In this document: positions 1-10,945 of the stretch, in pieces
Layout: each line of letters starts with the position of its first letter
Numbering within the stretch: the stretch's first letter is position 1
Translations under genes and position numbers: made by a program
Source of the DNA: Candidatus Omnitrophota bacterium
GTDB taxonomy: Bacteria; Omnitrophota; Omnitrophia; Omnitrophales; Aquincolibacteriaceae
Direction of reading: 5' to 3'
NCBI GenBank assembly: GCA_003140935.1
Contig: PLLJ01000042.1
Coordinates: 10,144 to 74,143, forward strand
DNA: 64,000 bases
Notes under the pieces: model-generated
What the model was told of the DNA's origin: nothing
Databases searched by the model: none
What the model saw: only the letters and a program-made list of their open reading frames with translations

Positions 1-150
1 CATACCAGCGATGGGAGTGGAGCAATTCTCATGTCTATCATGAGCACAAGGCGGTAATGGGGACCATCCTTGGCGGTTTTTGAAAGAAATAAAATAGTAG
101 ACAAGTACTATGGATTTTTGATTTAACCGTGGTAAAATGCCGTCAATACA

Positions 151-2178
151 ATGTTTATGAAAAAAATCTCTTACTGTCTCTTAGTATTTTTTAGTGCCGC
201 AGGGCTTTGCCTGTTCTCTTTCCAAGCGCAAGCCGCGGAGAGTTCCGTGCCGACGGCTGGTATTTCCACAGCTTCCAAGGATGGATCCATTTCTGACATG
301 GATTCTCCGAAGAAGTCATGGTGGAGTCGATCATTATCGGCGATCACCGGTCAGGATTCGCCGCCCCAACCTGCCCCGGTAGCGGCTCCTGTGACTTCCA
401 ATAAGTCTGCCCCGGTGGCGGTTCCCGTGACTTCCAATAAGTCTGCTCAGGCGCCCGACAGTGTCCAAGAGCCTGTCGCTGTTCGCAAAGATGCGCCCCC
501 CGCGAAGATCGAAATCGTGAATGAAAAAGAGAAGAATAAGCAGAACCCACGCGAAAAGACCGAAGAAAAGGCTCGTGCGGAGGCTCTGGAAAAGGCCGTT
601 GAGCAACAGGTAGAAGCGCTGCGGGCCGCGCGCATGCGGGAGATGCCTTATTTAGACAAAGTCTATATCCGGACGAGCATCACACCGCTCAAGATCCAGC
701 AGAAAGAGGAATTCTTGAGCGGCGGAAAAAAGGATCTCCAGGATCTCATCCTTCGCGCTCAATCCGTACACACCCAGGCCAAAGCCGCGCATGAGAATAT
801 TGAGCTCTACAACCGGCGTGTGCTTATGGCGCTGCGAAAACTTTTTCCGGAGGTGTCTTTAAACTACAATAATCGTGAAGGCCTGATCAACACCAATAAT
901 TTCGTGGGAGACGATTGGCATATCACGCTTCGCCAGCCCATCTTCAACGGAGGGATCCTTTGGAATACGCTCTTGCAGGAAAAGGCGAACCTGGAGGCTT
1001 CAAAAAAACAATTCGACAAAACCGTTGCCGATCTCATATTCGATCTTTCCCGTGCTTATTTCGAATACCAACGGACCTTGCAGACCGCCGAAGAACATCG
1101 TAATGCGGTAGAAAAGATGAAGCGCTTCGCAGAAATGTCGGAAGAGAAGTTCAACGAAAAGATCATTTCCGAGATCGAACATCTGAACGTACAGTCGCTT
1201 TACAGCCAGATGCAGTTCGATCTTGAGTCCGCGAATCAGGAGCTTGAGATCGCGAAGCTCGATCTTCAGAAATATCTCGATCTTTCCGTGGACGATCAGT
1301 TCACGCTTGCCAAGATCTACGATCTTGATGATGTAGTGCAAGGGCAAGCGATCCCTGCGGGAAGTGCGCCGGGGGGCAAGAACTTGCCTGATATTTTTAA
1401 AGGCGGAGATAAAGCGCCGGAACTTTCAAAATTGATCGACCTCTCGTATGAGCATCGTCCGGAACTCCAGGTCGAGGCCGCAAAGCTCCAGGTCATGCGA
1501 CTCGGTGAGCGCATTCGATGGGGCGAATTTTTACCCAAGGCCAATCTGACCTACCAGTACGGGGCGTTGGGCGAGGCTTATCTCAATCCGGGCTTTGTTT
1601 TTGCGGGTAGTGGTTTAAACGAAAAAAATGATCCGATTTTGAAAAGGGAGTGGCAGCTTATGCTCGAAATGAACTGGAATGTCGGCGGCAACAAAGTAAA
1701 TTATACTTATAGCCGAGATTACAAAGCGCCGTCCATCACGCAATTTGATCAGGCCTCGGGTTCTGCTCTCAGGAAGAACGGCCTGACCTTCGGGGTCCTG
1801 GACGGCCTGGATGCTTTTGTGAACGTGAAGCAGGCCGAGGTCGATAAGCTCAACCAGGTCGTGGAATTGGAAAAGGCCGAGAAGCAGGTGCTTCAGGACG
1901 TGAAACAGGCCTTTTACGATTATCAAAAGTCCGTGATCCAGGTGAATTCCACGGTCAAGCGTCTGGAATATCGCAAGCGTCTGCGCGAGTTTGCCGAGCA
2001 CCGGCTGAGCAAAAAAGAGATCGAGCTTTCCGAATATCTTCAGGCCGAATCCGATCTTGTGCGCGAAAGAGCGGAACTCCACAAGGCTCTCAAGGAATAT
2101 TTTACCGCCAAAGCGGCGCTTAATCACGCGGTGGGTATCCAGAATTTCTATAACATGGAGAGCCCTCAGAAGAAGTAA
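151..2178 (+). CDS. TolC-family outer membrane efflux protein with long Pro/Ala-rich N-terminal extension
   Basis: Signal peptide; two OEP-like repeats (LRQPIFNGG...DLSRAYFEY; HRPELQ...DVKQAFYDY); first gene of an RND operon. Confidence 0.85.
   Translation: MFMKKISYCLLVFFSAAGLCLFSFQAQAAESSVPTAGISTASKDGSISDMDSPKKSWWSRSLSAITGQDSPPQPAPVAAPVTSNKSAPVAVPVTSNKSAQAPDSVQEPVAVRKDAPPAKIEIVNEKEKNKQNPREKTEEKARAEALEKAVEQQVEALRAARMREMPYLDKVYIRTSITPLKIQQKEEFLSGGKKDLQDLILRAQSVHTQAKAAHENIELYNRRVLMALRKLFPEVSLNYNNREGLINTNNFVGDDWHITLRQPIFNGGILWNTLLQEKANLEASKKQFDKTVADLIFDLSRAYFEYQRTLQTAEEHRNAVEKMKRFAEMSEEKFNEKIISEIEHLNVQSLYSQMQFDLESANQELEIAKLDLQKYLDLSVDDQFTLAKIYDLDDVVQGQAIPAGSAPGGKNLPDIFKGGDKAPELSKLIDLSYEHRPELQVEAAKLQVMRLGERIRWGEFLPKANLTYQYGALGEAYLNPGFVFAGSGLNEKNDPILKREWQLMLEMNWNVGGNKVNYTYSRDYKAPSITQFDQASGSALRKNGLTFGVLDGLDAFVNVKQAEVDKLNQVVELEKAEKQVLQDVKQAFYDYQKSVIQVNSTVKRLEYRKRLREFAEHRLSKKEIELSEYLQAESDLVRERAELHKALKEYFTAKAALNHAVGIQNFYNMESPQKK
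371..446 (+). repeat. 36-bp in-frame tandem duplication (APVAAPVTSNKS / APVAVPVTSNKS) in the TolC linker
   Basis: ctgccccggtagcggctcctgtgacttccaataagt followed by ctgccccggtggcggttcccgtgacttccaataagt. Confidence 0.9.
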
Positions 2179-2237
2179 GGACGGTTCCGAGGGCGTCAAA
2201 AGATTTTTAAAAGGCAGGATTTCAAACGGAGTTTAAA

Positions 2238-3683
2238 ATGAACATGAAAAACGAAGAAAATCCCGGGGACAAGGGTTCTCCGTTCAAGATCAGAGCCCCC
2301 CTGCCGGAGGGGCCAGCCCAAACCCCGTTCCGGATCCCGGAAGAAAATAAGAACACATGGTTTGCTCAAAATAAAGTGCGTCTTATTATTATCGCGGTCG
2401 CCATCATAGGGTTGTTTTTTGTGGGCAAGATGGTGATAGGACGGTTTTTTAAGACTTCAAAGCCTTCTTTGAGCGAAATGATGAAACAACAGCAGCAGGC
2501 GGCTAAGGACGCGCCGGTGGCGGTCAAAGGTTTTAAGATCGGCCGGTTCAATTATGAGGATTCCATGAACGTGCTCGGGACGATCAAGGGGTCCATGGAA
2601 CTGAAGCTCAGCTTCGAGGTTCCGGGCGTGATCAGTTCGATCAATTACAAAGAAGGGGAACGTTACGAAGAAGGCGCTCTACTCGTCTCCTTGAAGCAGG
2701 ATGATATTCTCTTGCGATTGAAAAGGGCCCAAGCGGCTTTTAACAAAGCGGAGTCCCAAGCCAAAGTGACGGAGAACGAAGTCGCGGAAAATGAGAAGCT
2801 TCTAAAGATGGGGGCGATACCGCCGTCGACGGTAGAAAAAAAGAAATTGGAAATGGACGCTGCAAAATACGAGGCAGAAGCCCAGCGTCTTGAAATGAAG
2901 GCGAACGAAGCCATGCTCGAGAAGTCCAACCTTTACGCCCCTTCCTCCGGGATGCTGGGAGATCTGAACGTCGAGGAAGGGGAAAATGTCAGCCAAAGCA
3001 CGCTGATCGGGACCCATATCAGCACCGAGTATGTTTACGCCGAGTTCGGGATCGTCGAACGCGATGTTCAGAAGATCACGCTGGGACAGAAGGCCAAGGT
3101 CTTCGTGGACGCTTATCCGGATAAGACTTTTGAAGGCGTGATTGAGAATATTGCGCCGCAGATCTCGGGAACAAGCCGTACTTCGACGGCCAAAGTGCGC
3201 ATTGAAAATCCCGAAGGATTGCTGATGCCAGGGATGTTCGCCCGCGTCCGCATCATGCTTTACAGCAAAAAGGATGCTTTAGTGGTCCCGACGGATGCCA
3301 TCCAGGGCGGTGAAGGCGAGAAGTTCGTTTATGTCATTAAAGCAGCCGGGGGTTCGAGCCCCAAGGCCATAGAATCCAAGGTTGCAGGAGTGATGGGGGG
3401 AGGGCTTGGTGCGGTGGCTGCGTTAACCGGGGCCACGGGTCAGGAAAAGGCCGAGAAGAAGGGCGGAAAAGAAGCCGGAAAGGCGGCGGTCGAAAAGGAG
3501 TCTACCAAAATCGAGGAAGGCACTGCTGAAAAACGTCCTGTGACCGTGGGTTATACCCGCACGGACTATTCCCAGATCGACGCGGGTCTTACGGAAGGAG
3601 AAATTGTCGTTATGACCGGGTTCGAGAGATTGGAGGATGGAAAGAAGATCCGCTTGATCGAAACCCAAGAAGCCGAGCTTTAA
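2238..3683 (+). CDS. RND efflux periplasmic adaptor (membrane fusion protein)
   Basis: One N-terminal TM; lipoyl/hairpin region; motifs VDAYPDKTFEG and LMPGMFARV; lies between TolC and the RND permeases. Confidence 0.92.
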   Translation: MNMKNEENPGDKGSPFKIRAPLPEGPAQTPFRIPEENKNTWFAQNKVRLIIIAVAIIGLFFVGKMVIGRFFKTSKPSLSEMMKQQQQAAKDAPVAVKGFKIGRFNYEDSMNVLGTIKGSMELKLSFEVPGVISSINYKEGERYEEGALLVSLKQDDILLRLKRAQAAFNKAESQAKVTENEVAENEKLLKMGAIPPSTVEKKKLEMDAAKYEAEAQRLEMKANEAMLEKSNLYAPSSGMLGDLNVEEGENVSQSTLIGTHISTEYVYAEFGIVERDVQKITLGQKAKVFVDAYPDKTFEGVIENIAPQISGTSRTSTAKVRIENPEGLLMPGMFARVRIMLYSKKDALVVPTDAIQGGEGEKFVYVIKAAGGSSPKAIESKVAGVMGGGLGAVAALTGATGQEKAEKKGGKEAGKAAVEKESTKIEEGTAEKRPVTVGYTRTDYSQIDAGLTEGEIVVMTGFERLEDGKKIRLIETQEAEL

Positions 3684-3728
3684 CGTTATGCGGACGAGAA
3701 AAGATCTCCGCAGAATGATCCCTGCCCC

Positions 3729-6700
3729 ATGAGTCTTCCGGAATTTTCGATCAAGAAGAAGGTCACTATTTACATGATGACCGCTCTTCTTGTTCTTGTG
3801 GGGGTTATTGCTTTTAGTCGTCTTCCTCAGGAACTTTTCCCACCGATTTCTTTTCCTCAGATCACCGTTGTTACCGAATATGCCAACGCGGCTCCCGAAG
3901 AGATCGAGACACTTCTCACCCGCATCATCGAAGAAGCCATCGGTTCCGTGGCCGGTTTAAAGCGCATTGAGTCTGTTTCTCGCGAAGGACGGAGTACGAT
4001 CACGGTCTCATTTAATTGGGGACAGGACATTGACTTCGCGGCTTTGGCGGTTCGTGAAAAGATCGATCTTATCAAGGAGCGTCTTCCTAAGGACGCCTCA
4101 GACCCCGTCGTTCTAAAATTCGACCCTCTTGCCAAGCCCGTGCTTATTCTTTCCGTGACAGGACAGGACCTTCCCGCTGTTCGTCTCAAGCTTTTAACGG
4201 AAAAAATGCTGAAAGATCGCTTAGAGAAAATCGAGGGTGTTGCTTCCGTGACCATTTCGGGGGGTGTGAGCCGGGAGATCCTCGTGGATATCGACCAGCC
4301 GCGTCTTCAAGCGAACCATCTTTCGCTTCTGGAGGTTATCGATTCTCTTGATCAGGCCAATGTGTCCTATCCGGCCGGGAGCATCAAAAAAGGCCTTTAT
4401 GAATATTTGATCCGGACGGTCGGAGATTTCCGTTCGCCGACCGAGATTGGGTTTTCTGTGGTGGGCGTGGATAATGTTGAAAAGGTTCGTCGTGAAGAAG
4501 CCAGTTTTATCGAACGGGATATTTCCGAAGGCCCCCGCAAAACCATTGAAAGGGATCGAGAAGAGGTTGAGAAAAAAATGCTTGAAAAACGGCTCGTGAC
4601 CGTCAATGACATCGGGAAAGTCATTGATGGCCTCGCCGAGAAGACCAGTGTTTCCCGCTATAACGGGGAACCCAACATTTCGGTGGCTATTCAAAAGCAA
4701 TCCAATGCCAACACCATCAAGTTGGTGGATAGGCTGAAAAAAGAATTACGAGGACTTCAGGAGGATTTCGCCTCGCGAGGCATTCAGTACAAGATCATTT
4801 ACGATCATTCGATTTTTATCCGCGAAAGTCTTGAAAATTTGGCCCATGAAGGGATCATGGGAAGTCTGTTCGCCCTAGGTTCGCTCTTCGCTTTTCTGAG
4901 GAACCTAGCCATGTCCTTATTGGTTGTACTTTCAATTCCTACCACCATTCTTGGCGTTTTTTTACTGATGGCCATGTCGGGAGTTACGCTCAATATGATG
5001 TCCTTGGGCGGGTTGGCGCTTGCTCTCGGCATCATTACCGACACCAGCATTGTAGTTCTGGAGAATATTTTCAGGAGACGACAGGGAGGCGAATCTTCCG
5101 AACAAGGGGCTGTTAAAGGTGCGGATGAAGTGGTCTGGCCTGTGGTTTCTTCCAATCTGACGGGTATTGCCGTTTTCTTTCCCCTGATCGTTTTTGTGCC
5201 GGGTGTGGCGGGGCAATTTTTTAAGGACTTATCGTGGGCCATGGTTTTCGCCCACATCTTTTGTATTTTTCTTCCTCTGACGCTGATCACCTTGCTTTCC
5301 ATTTATATTCGCGTTGAGGAAAAGGAATACAAACCGCTCAGTTTGACGGGGGGCTTAGATAAACACATCATGAGTCTTCCGACCCATGAAGCGCAAAACA
5401 AGACCATGATTGGGATTGTGATCGCGGTCTTCCTGACTCTGGCGTCCTCTTTTCTGATCGTACCGACCATGGATCGAGAGGTTCTTCCCAAAATGGATCA
5501 GGGGCAGTTTTACGCCAAGGTGGATATGCCGCTTGGGACCCGGTTGGAGGTAACGGACGAGTTTTGTCAGAAATTGGAAAAAATCATTAAGAGTGAGCCG
5601 GAGGTTAGAGATATCGATGTCGCGATAGGGAGTGAAAAAAGCACCAAAGGAGAAATTAAGGTTGAAACGCTCCGCGCCTCACAGGCTATGATCCTGGTGA
5701 GTTTGCAAGACAAAAGAAAGCGCACTTCTCCCCAGATCATCACATCCATCGCCAAGAAGATGAAGTCGCTTGATCTTGAAAGAAAGAGCATTCGCGTGGA
5801 TATTCAACTTCAAGGGAGCGAATTCGCCGCGGTGGGTTCTTCCATAAAGCCGATCATCTTGGAAGTGAAAGGCTACGATTTTAACACCATGGAAATGCTC
5901 GTATCGCGCCTAAAAACGTGGCTTGCGAAGATCCCTGGGATTATCAATATTGATAGTGATATCGGAGAAAAGTCTCCGGAAACAAAACTTGTGATCAATA
6001 AAAAACGCGCCGCACTTTACGGTATTTCTGCCATGGATGTTTCGCTGACGGCCAAGGCCGCCATCGAGGGCGTTGTTGCTACCCAGTATCGTGAGGCGGG
6101 CCGTGAAGTTGATGTTCGGGTTCGTCTGAACGAAAAAGACCGGTCCAATATCAGCCATCTCGATGATCTTCTCCTCTACTCGAAGACTTTGGACATTCAT
6201 GTCCCGCTCAAAGAGACCGCGATCGTTCAGCAAGGGGTCGGACCCAGCGAGATCAAACGTGTGGACCAGGAGCGGACGGTCACTGTCGCCGCGGAGATTG
6301 ACAACAGCCGTAAGGATAAAGATGTTCTCGCAGACCTTCAGAAGTTCCTGGCGGGATTGAAAACGCCGAACGATATTCCCGAAGATTTCCAGGTTCGTCT
6401 TTCCGGAAAGGCGAAGGAACTCAAGGAAAATTTTTCCGGCGTTGTTTTTGCCTTTATTTTAGCCATCATGCTTGTCTATATGATCATGGCCGCGCAATTC
6501 GAGTCGTTTATCCAGCCGTTTATCATTATGGTGACCGTACCTCTGTCTTTCGGGGGTGCCGTGATCGCCTTGAAACTAACGGGAAATTCCCTGAACGTTA
6601 TTTCGCTTTTAGGGTTGGTCCTTCTGGGCGGTGTGGTGGTCTATAACGGGATCGTCTTGATGGAATATACCAACCAGCTCCGCGCGGAAGGTATCGAGCT

Positions 6701-6980
6701 GGTCAAGGCCGTGTGGGACGCGACCCGGACACGTACTCGTCCCGTTCTCATGTCTTCTACGACAACGATCATTGCGATGTTGCCTGTGGCTGTCGGGATC
6801 GGAGGGAAAGGCTCGGCTATTTTGTCGCCGCTCGCGGTGACGATCATGGGCGGACTTTTCTCTTCAACGATCTTGACGCTTATCGTTTTACCGTGTCTTA
6901 CCATCCTTATAACGCGTTTCTTCGAAAGCCATTTTGGCATCAGAGAAGAAACCACTGAGGAGGAAGCGCCCGCTTCCTAA
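3729..6980 (+). CDS. RND efflux permease (AcrB/MdtB family), subunit 1
   Basis: 1083 aa; motifs ELFPPISFPQITVVTEY, APEEIET, AAQFESFIQPF, RTRPVLMS, PLAVTIMGGL. Confidence 0.95.
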   Translation: MSLPEFSIKKKVTIYMMTALLVLVGVIAFSRLPQELFPPISFPQITVVTEYANAAPEEIETLLTRIIEEAIGSVAGLKRIESVSREGRSTITVSFNWGQDIDFAALAVREKIDLIKERLPKDASDPVVLKFDPLAKPVLILSVTGQDLPAVRLKLLTEKMLKDRLEKIEGVASVTISGGVSREILVDIDQPRLQANHLSLLEVIDSLDQANVSYPAGSIKKGLYEYLIRTVGDFRSPTEIGFSVVGVDNVEKVRREEASFIERDISEGPRKTIERDREEVEKKMLEKRLVTVNDIGKVIDGLAEKTSVSRYNGEPNISVAIQKQSNANTIKLVDRLKKELRGLQEDFASRGIQYKIIYDHSIFIRESLENLAHEGIMGSLFALGSLFAFLRNLAMSLLVVLSIPTTILGVFLLMAMSGVTLNMMSLGGLALALGIITDTSIVVLENIFRRRQGGESSEQGAVKGADEVVWPVVSSNLTGIAVFFPLIVFVPGVAGQFFKDLSWAMVFAHIFCIFLPLTLITLLSIYIRVEEKEYKPLSLTGGLDKHIMSLPTHEAQNKTMIGIVIAVFLTLASSFLIVPTMDREVLPKMDQGQFYAKVDMPLGTRLEVTDEFCQKLEKIIKSEPEVRDIDVAIGSEKSTKGEIKVETLRASQAMILVSLQDKRKRTSPQIITSIAKKMKSLDLERKSIRVDIQLQGSEFAAVGSSIKPIILEVKGYDFNTMEMLVSRLKTWLAKIPGIINIDSDIGEKSPETKLVINKKRAALYGISAMDVSLTAKAAIEGVVATQYREAGREVDVRVRLNEKDRSNISHLDDLLLYSKTLDIHVPLKETAIVQQGVGPSEIKRVDQERTVTVAAEIDNSRKDKDVLADLQKFLAGLKTPNDIPEDFQVRLSGKAKELKENFSGVVFAFILAIMLVYMIMAAQFESFIQPFIIMVTVPLSFGGAVIALKLTGNSLNVISLLGLVLLGGVVVYNGIVLMEYTNQLRAEGIELVKAVWDATRTRTRPVLMSSTTTIIAMLPVAVGIGGKGSAILSPLAVTIMGGLFSSTILTLIVLPCLTILITRFFESHFGIREETTEEEAPAS

Positions 6981-6984
6981 AAAC

Positions 6985-9900
6985 ATGGGGCTACCTAGTT
7001 TTTCCATCAAGCGGCCTGTTTTTACGATCATCATTTATGCCGCCGTTATCGTTATGGGACTCATTGCGCTGATGAGGCTCAAGGTCGAACTCTATCAAGG
7101 CCAAAGCCAAGGCATTATCAGTATCGTGGTCCGTGCGCGCGGGGGCCTCCCGTCCCAGGATGTTGAAAAAATGATCACAAAACCCATCGAAGAATCCGTG
7201 GGAACTGTTGCGCATATGAAGAGCCTTTATTCCAGCTCCCGCGAGGCAGAATCGCGTGTGACCATGGAATTTGAGCCGGGTACGAATATGAATTTTGCAT
7301 CCCTTGAGATCCGTGAAAAATTCGCCCGGGTCAAACCGCTCCTTCCAAAAGAGATCGAGAAACCGGTCATTGCTAATTACGATGACTCCCAGTCCGCGAT
7401 TATGGTCTTTGCCGTGAGCTCGGGAACCCTCGCGCCGGAACAGATCCGGGAAATCGTCGATTTAAAACTCAAACCGATTATCAGCCGTGTGGATGGTGTG
7501 GCGAGCGTGGAAGTGTACGGCGGCCGCGAGCGCAAGATCCTGGTAGAACTTGATCGCGACAAGATGGTGGCATACAACATTTCGATCGAACGCGTGATGG
7601 ATGTCCTCGGGCAGAGCAATATAAACCTCCTTGCGGGAAACGTCGGAGAAGGGAAGTATGAATTCGGGATCCGCAGCATGGGGGCGTTCCGCTCTGTGGA
7701 TGAGATCGGGGATATCGGCATCAAAGCGACCCGGCAAAGTTCCATCATCCCTCTCAAGGAGATTGCGACGATCAAGGATTCATACCTGGAGGCTACCGAC
7801 CAGGCCCGTTTGAATCTCGAGCAGAATGTCACGGTCTATGTGAAGAAGGCGAGTCTTGCGAACACGCTCGCAGTCGCCCGCAATTTGAACAAGGTGCTGG
7901 ACCTTTTTGAAGCGGAGCATAAAGAGAATCTCAAAATCGTACTTGTGAATGACCGGGCGGAGACCATTCGCCGCGCTATCGACGACGTAAAAGGGGCGCT
8001 TTATTTGGGGCTGATCCTGACGATGGGCGTCATTTATCTTTTTATCCGCAATTGGGTCCTTTCGGGCATCATTCTTATCGTGATCCCATGCTCTTTGATC
8101 GCGACGTTCATTTTTATGGCCGCTTGCGATATCAGCATTAATGTTATGACATTGAGTGGATTGTCCCTTGCCATCGGAATTCTCGTAGACACCGCCGTCG
8201 TGATCATGGAAAACATTTTTTCCAAGAAAGAGAAAGGCTGTAACGATACGCAGGCTATTCGTGACGGGAGTGAAGAGGTGTGGCTTCCGCTTCTCACATC
8301 GCTTCTGACGATGCTCGTGGTGTTCCTCCCCATCATTTTTATAGACAAGACCATTCAGTTGACCTACGGCGGATTTGCTTTCACGATCTGCATTTCTCTC
8401 ATTGCGTCTTTTTTTACCGCACTTATGTTGATCCCCATGCTCATCCGTCAGTTCGGGATCGCGTCGCTCAATCAGCATCGTCCGGACACCGCAAATAATT
8501 TCATTGATAAAACCCGCGCGAAATATGTAAACGCTATTCGCTGGTGCATCACACGACGATGGATGGTCATCCCGGCTGTTTTCGGTCTTTGTTTTTTTGC
8601 GCTCTTTATGCTGAGCAAGACGCCGATCGATTGGCCGTCTTCTTTCGAGGAAAATGAGTTTGCAGTCGTCACATTCCCGCTTGCGGGTGCGCGTCTGGAG
8701 TCAAACGATCAGGCCATGAAAAAGCTTGAAGAGATCCTCGCGAAGATCCCGGATATCACTCTCTTCTCAACGACGGTTTCTAAAGATGATCTGCGGCTTT
8801 TTGTTCGCTTGAAGCCCGCCCGCAAGCGCCAGTATTCCAAGGACGAGATCATGAAGATCATTGATGAACAGGGGAACGCCGCGGTCAAGGAGATCCACAG
8901 TGATTACAGCCTGATCGTGGACGAGGGCGCCGGTTCTTCCGAGACGAAAAAACTTGTGGTGAATATCTTTGGTCAGGATGGGGATGAACTTGAAAAAATC
9001 GCCAAGGAGTTTGCAAACAAGATGTCCAAAGTGCAAGGCCTGACCAATCTGGTTATGACGGACCTCCGCAAGCGTCCGGAGTATTCTCTCGTGGTCGATA
9101 AGGGAAAAGCCGCCATGTACGGGCTTAGCGTGAAGAGGGTTGCCGACAGCATGCATGCCCAGGTCCGCGGGATGAGGCCCACGCAATTTCATGAACTTTC
9201 CAAAGGCGAAGAGATCGAAACCATTACGCGTCTTCAGGCCATTTACCGCCAGAAGCTCGACGATCTGGGACAGATCTATGTCCAGACCAAGGAATCCAAG
9301 CAAATTCTTTTGAGTGAGATCGCGAACTTTTATCCGTCGACCGGTCCGCAAACCATCGATCGCAAAGAAAAGCACCGTTATGTGTTCGTCAAAGGGGATG
9401 TGAAGCGGCCGATCGAAAAGATCGCGATCGACGTCAAGAAAGCGGTGCAAGACGTGAAGCTTCCGGATGACTATTACTGGCGTTTCGGCGGCGGGTACGA
9501 AGAGCTTATGGAGAGCAAAACCCAGTTGGCGGTTGCTCTCCTGATCACGGTTTTTCTGGTCTATATGGTCATGGCCTGTCTTTTTGAAAATTATCTCTAT
9601 CCGTTCTTGATCATGATCAAGATCCTGCTTAATTTTATCGGGATTTGGGCGGCATTGGCCATCACGCGCAAGCCTCTCAGTACCCAGGTTTTTATCGGGA
9701 TGATCATGCTTGCCGGATACTCGGTCAACGCGGCGATCCTCCTGGTGGATCATGCCATCCATCTACCCGCGGAACAGAGCAAAAAAGAACGTTTTATCCA
9801 GGCCGGCGTAGACCGGTTACGGCCTATTCTGATGACGGCCATCGCGGCGATCCTTGGGTTTTTACCCATGGCGCTGAGTTTTGGCCAGGCGAGCGATCTC

Positions 9901-10083
9901 TGGTCGCCCCTGGCGGTGACCATTATCGGGGGACTCATCAGTTCGACCATCCTGATCCTTTTCGTTTTGCCGGCACTTGTGATGATCACGGATGATATTC
10001 GAGAAACTTTTAAAGCTTTTTTTTCGGGTGTGTCTGAAAGAATACACGCCTTGTCAGCGAACAAAGTGATCCAGAGCCCTTAA
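6985..10083 (+). CDS. RND efflux permease (AcrB/MdtC family), subunit 2
   Basis: Start moved to ATG 6985 (MGLPSFSIKRP), 4 nt after the upstream stop; motifs RLRPILMTA, PLAVTIIGGL. Confidence 0.95.
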   Translation: MGLPSFSIKRPVFTIIIYAAVIVMGLIALMRLKVELYQGQSQGIISIVVRARGGLPSQDVEKMITKPIEESVGTVAHMKSLYSSSREAESRVTMEFEPGTNMNFASLEIREKFARVKPLLPKEIEKPVIANYDDSQSAIMVFAVSSGTLAPEQIREIVDLKLKPIISRVDGVASVEVYGGRERKILVELDRDKMVAYNISIERVMDVLGQSNINLLAGNVGEGKYEFGIRSMGAFRSVDEIGDIGIKATRQSSIIPLKEIATIKDSYLEATDQARLNLEQNVTVYVKKASLANTLAVARNLNKVLDLFEAEHKENLKIVLVNDRAETIRRAIDDVKGALYLGLILTMGVIYLFIRNWVLSGIILIVIPCSLIATFIFMAACDISINVMTLSGLSLAIGILVDTAVVIMENIFSKKEKGCNDTQAIRDGSEEVWLPLLTSLLTMLVVFLPIIFIDKTIQLTYGGFAFTICISLIASFFTALMLIPMLIRQFGIASLNQHRPDTANNFIDKTRAKYVNAIRWCITRRWMVIPAVFGLCFFALFMLSKTPIDWPSSFEENEFAVVTFPLAGARLESNDQAMKKLEEILAKIPDITLFSTTVSKDDLRLFVRLKPARKRQYSKDEIMKIIDEQGNAAVKEIHSDYSLIVDEGAGSSETKKLVVNIFGQDGDELEKIAKEFANKMSKVQGLTNLVMTDLRKRPEYSLVVDKGKAAMYGLSVKRVADSMHAQVRGMRPTQFHELSKGEEIETITRLQAIYRQKLDDLGQIYVQTKESKQILLSEIANFYPSTGPQTIDRKEKHRYVFVKGDVKRPIEKIAIDVKKAVQDVKLPDDYYWRFGGGYEELMESKTQLAVALLITVFLVYMVMACLFENYLYPFLIMIKILLNFIGIWAALAITRKPLSTQVFIGMIMLAGYSVNAAILLVDHAIHLPAEQSKKERFIQAGVDRLRPILMTAIAAILGFLPMALSFGQASDLWSPLAVTIIGGLISSTILILFVLPALVMITDDIRETFKAFFSGVSERIHALSANKVIQSP

Positions 10084-10138
10084 ATTTAACTAAAAAATAT
10101 TACTGCCGTCCTTCATGGGACGGACAAAGGAGATACTT

Positions 10139-10735
10139 ATGGAGACGAAGGCGAACGAGCATGCTAAGACCACAAACCACCATACCAACAAACGCCAGGC
10201 GAAGAATCTCATCATTCATCGTCCTATGCAGCGGGAATTTTCTTTCATGTTGATCGCCCTTTTCATGGTGGCCTCGGCGGCGGTAGCCTGGGTCATTCAT
10301 CAAACGATCCGTGATGCGGCCTTCGGAGGGAACTTTACTTTCGGGAAGGTCAATCCCTCCGAAATTCTCTATGATGTGAGTTATTCGATCATCATTCGCG
10401 TGACCCTGGTGCTGATCCTCACGCTGATCATTATTGGCGCTTATGGCGTGGTTTTTCTCCACCGGGTGGCCGGCCCGGTTTACCGGTTCCGCCAGATCTT
10501 GCTGAAAGTGAATCGCGGAGAAATGCCCCAGGATATCAAACTTCGCGAGGGGGATTTTTTCCACGATATGGCCCATGATATCAATGTCATTTTGAAGCGC
10601 CTTCGCTCGGAACAAAGCAAGATCTCCGAGCTTAAGATCAAAATAAATGATTTTCAGAAAAGCGCATTACCGGAGGATGTTCGTCAGAAGGCGGAAGACA
10701 TGAAGACGGTCTTGGACTCCTTTTCAAAACTTTAA
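10139..10735 (+). CDS. Two-TM membrane protein with HAMP-like domain and coiled coil, no output domain
   Basis: AAGGAG RBS before ATG 10139; two hydrophobic helices, then HRVAGPVYRF...LREGDFFHDMA. Confidence 0.6.
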   Translation: METKANEHAKTTNHHTNKRQAKNLIIHRPMQREFSFMLIALFMVASAAVAWVIHQTIRDAAFGGNFTFGKVNPSEILYDVSYSIIIRVTLVLILTLIIIGAYGVVFLHRVAGPVYRFRQILLKVNRGEMPQDIKLREGDFFHDMAHDINVILKRLRSEQSKISELKIKINDFQKSALPEDVRQKAEDMKTVLDSFSKL

Positions 10736-10945
10736 GGCGGAGTTTCTGTAACTTATTTTGCAACAACAGGATACGACTTTTTTGCAAGAGATCTAAAGAT
10801 CCATGAGGATGGACCAGCCGTTCCGGAGAAATCCCACAAGCTTTAAACTTTTTTTTCGGACCCCTTGTCTTTATCTTTTTAAAAGGGTATACTCCCTGCC
10901 GACCCTCGCCATGCAGTATCATTCCACGAAAGGAGTAACAAAAAA

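Noticed and set aside
10139-10735. Methyl-accepting chemotaxis protein
   Set aside because: Too short and lacks the MCP signalling hairpin; only TM and HAMP-like parts are present.
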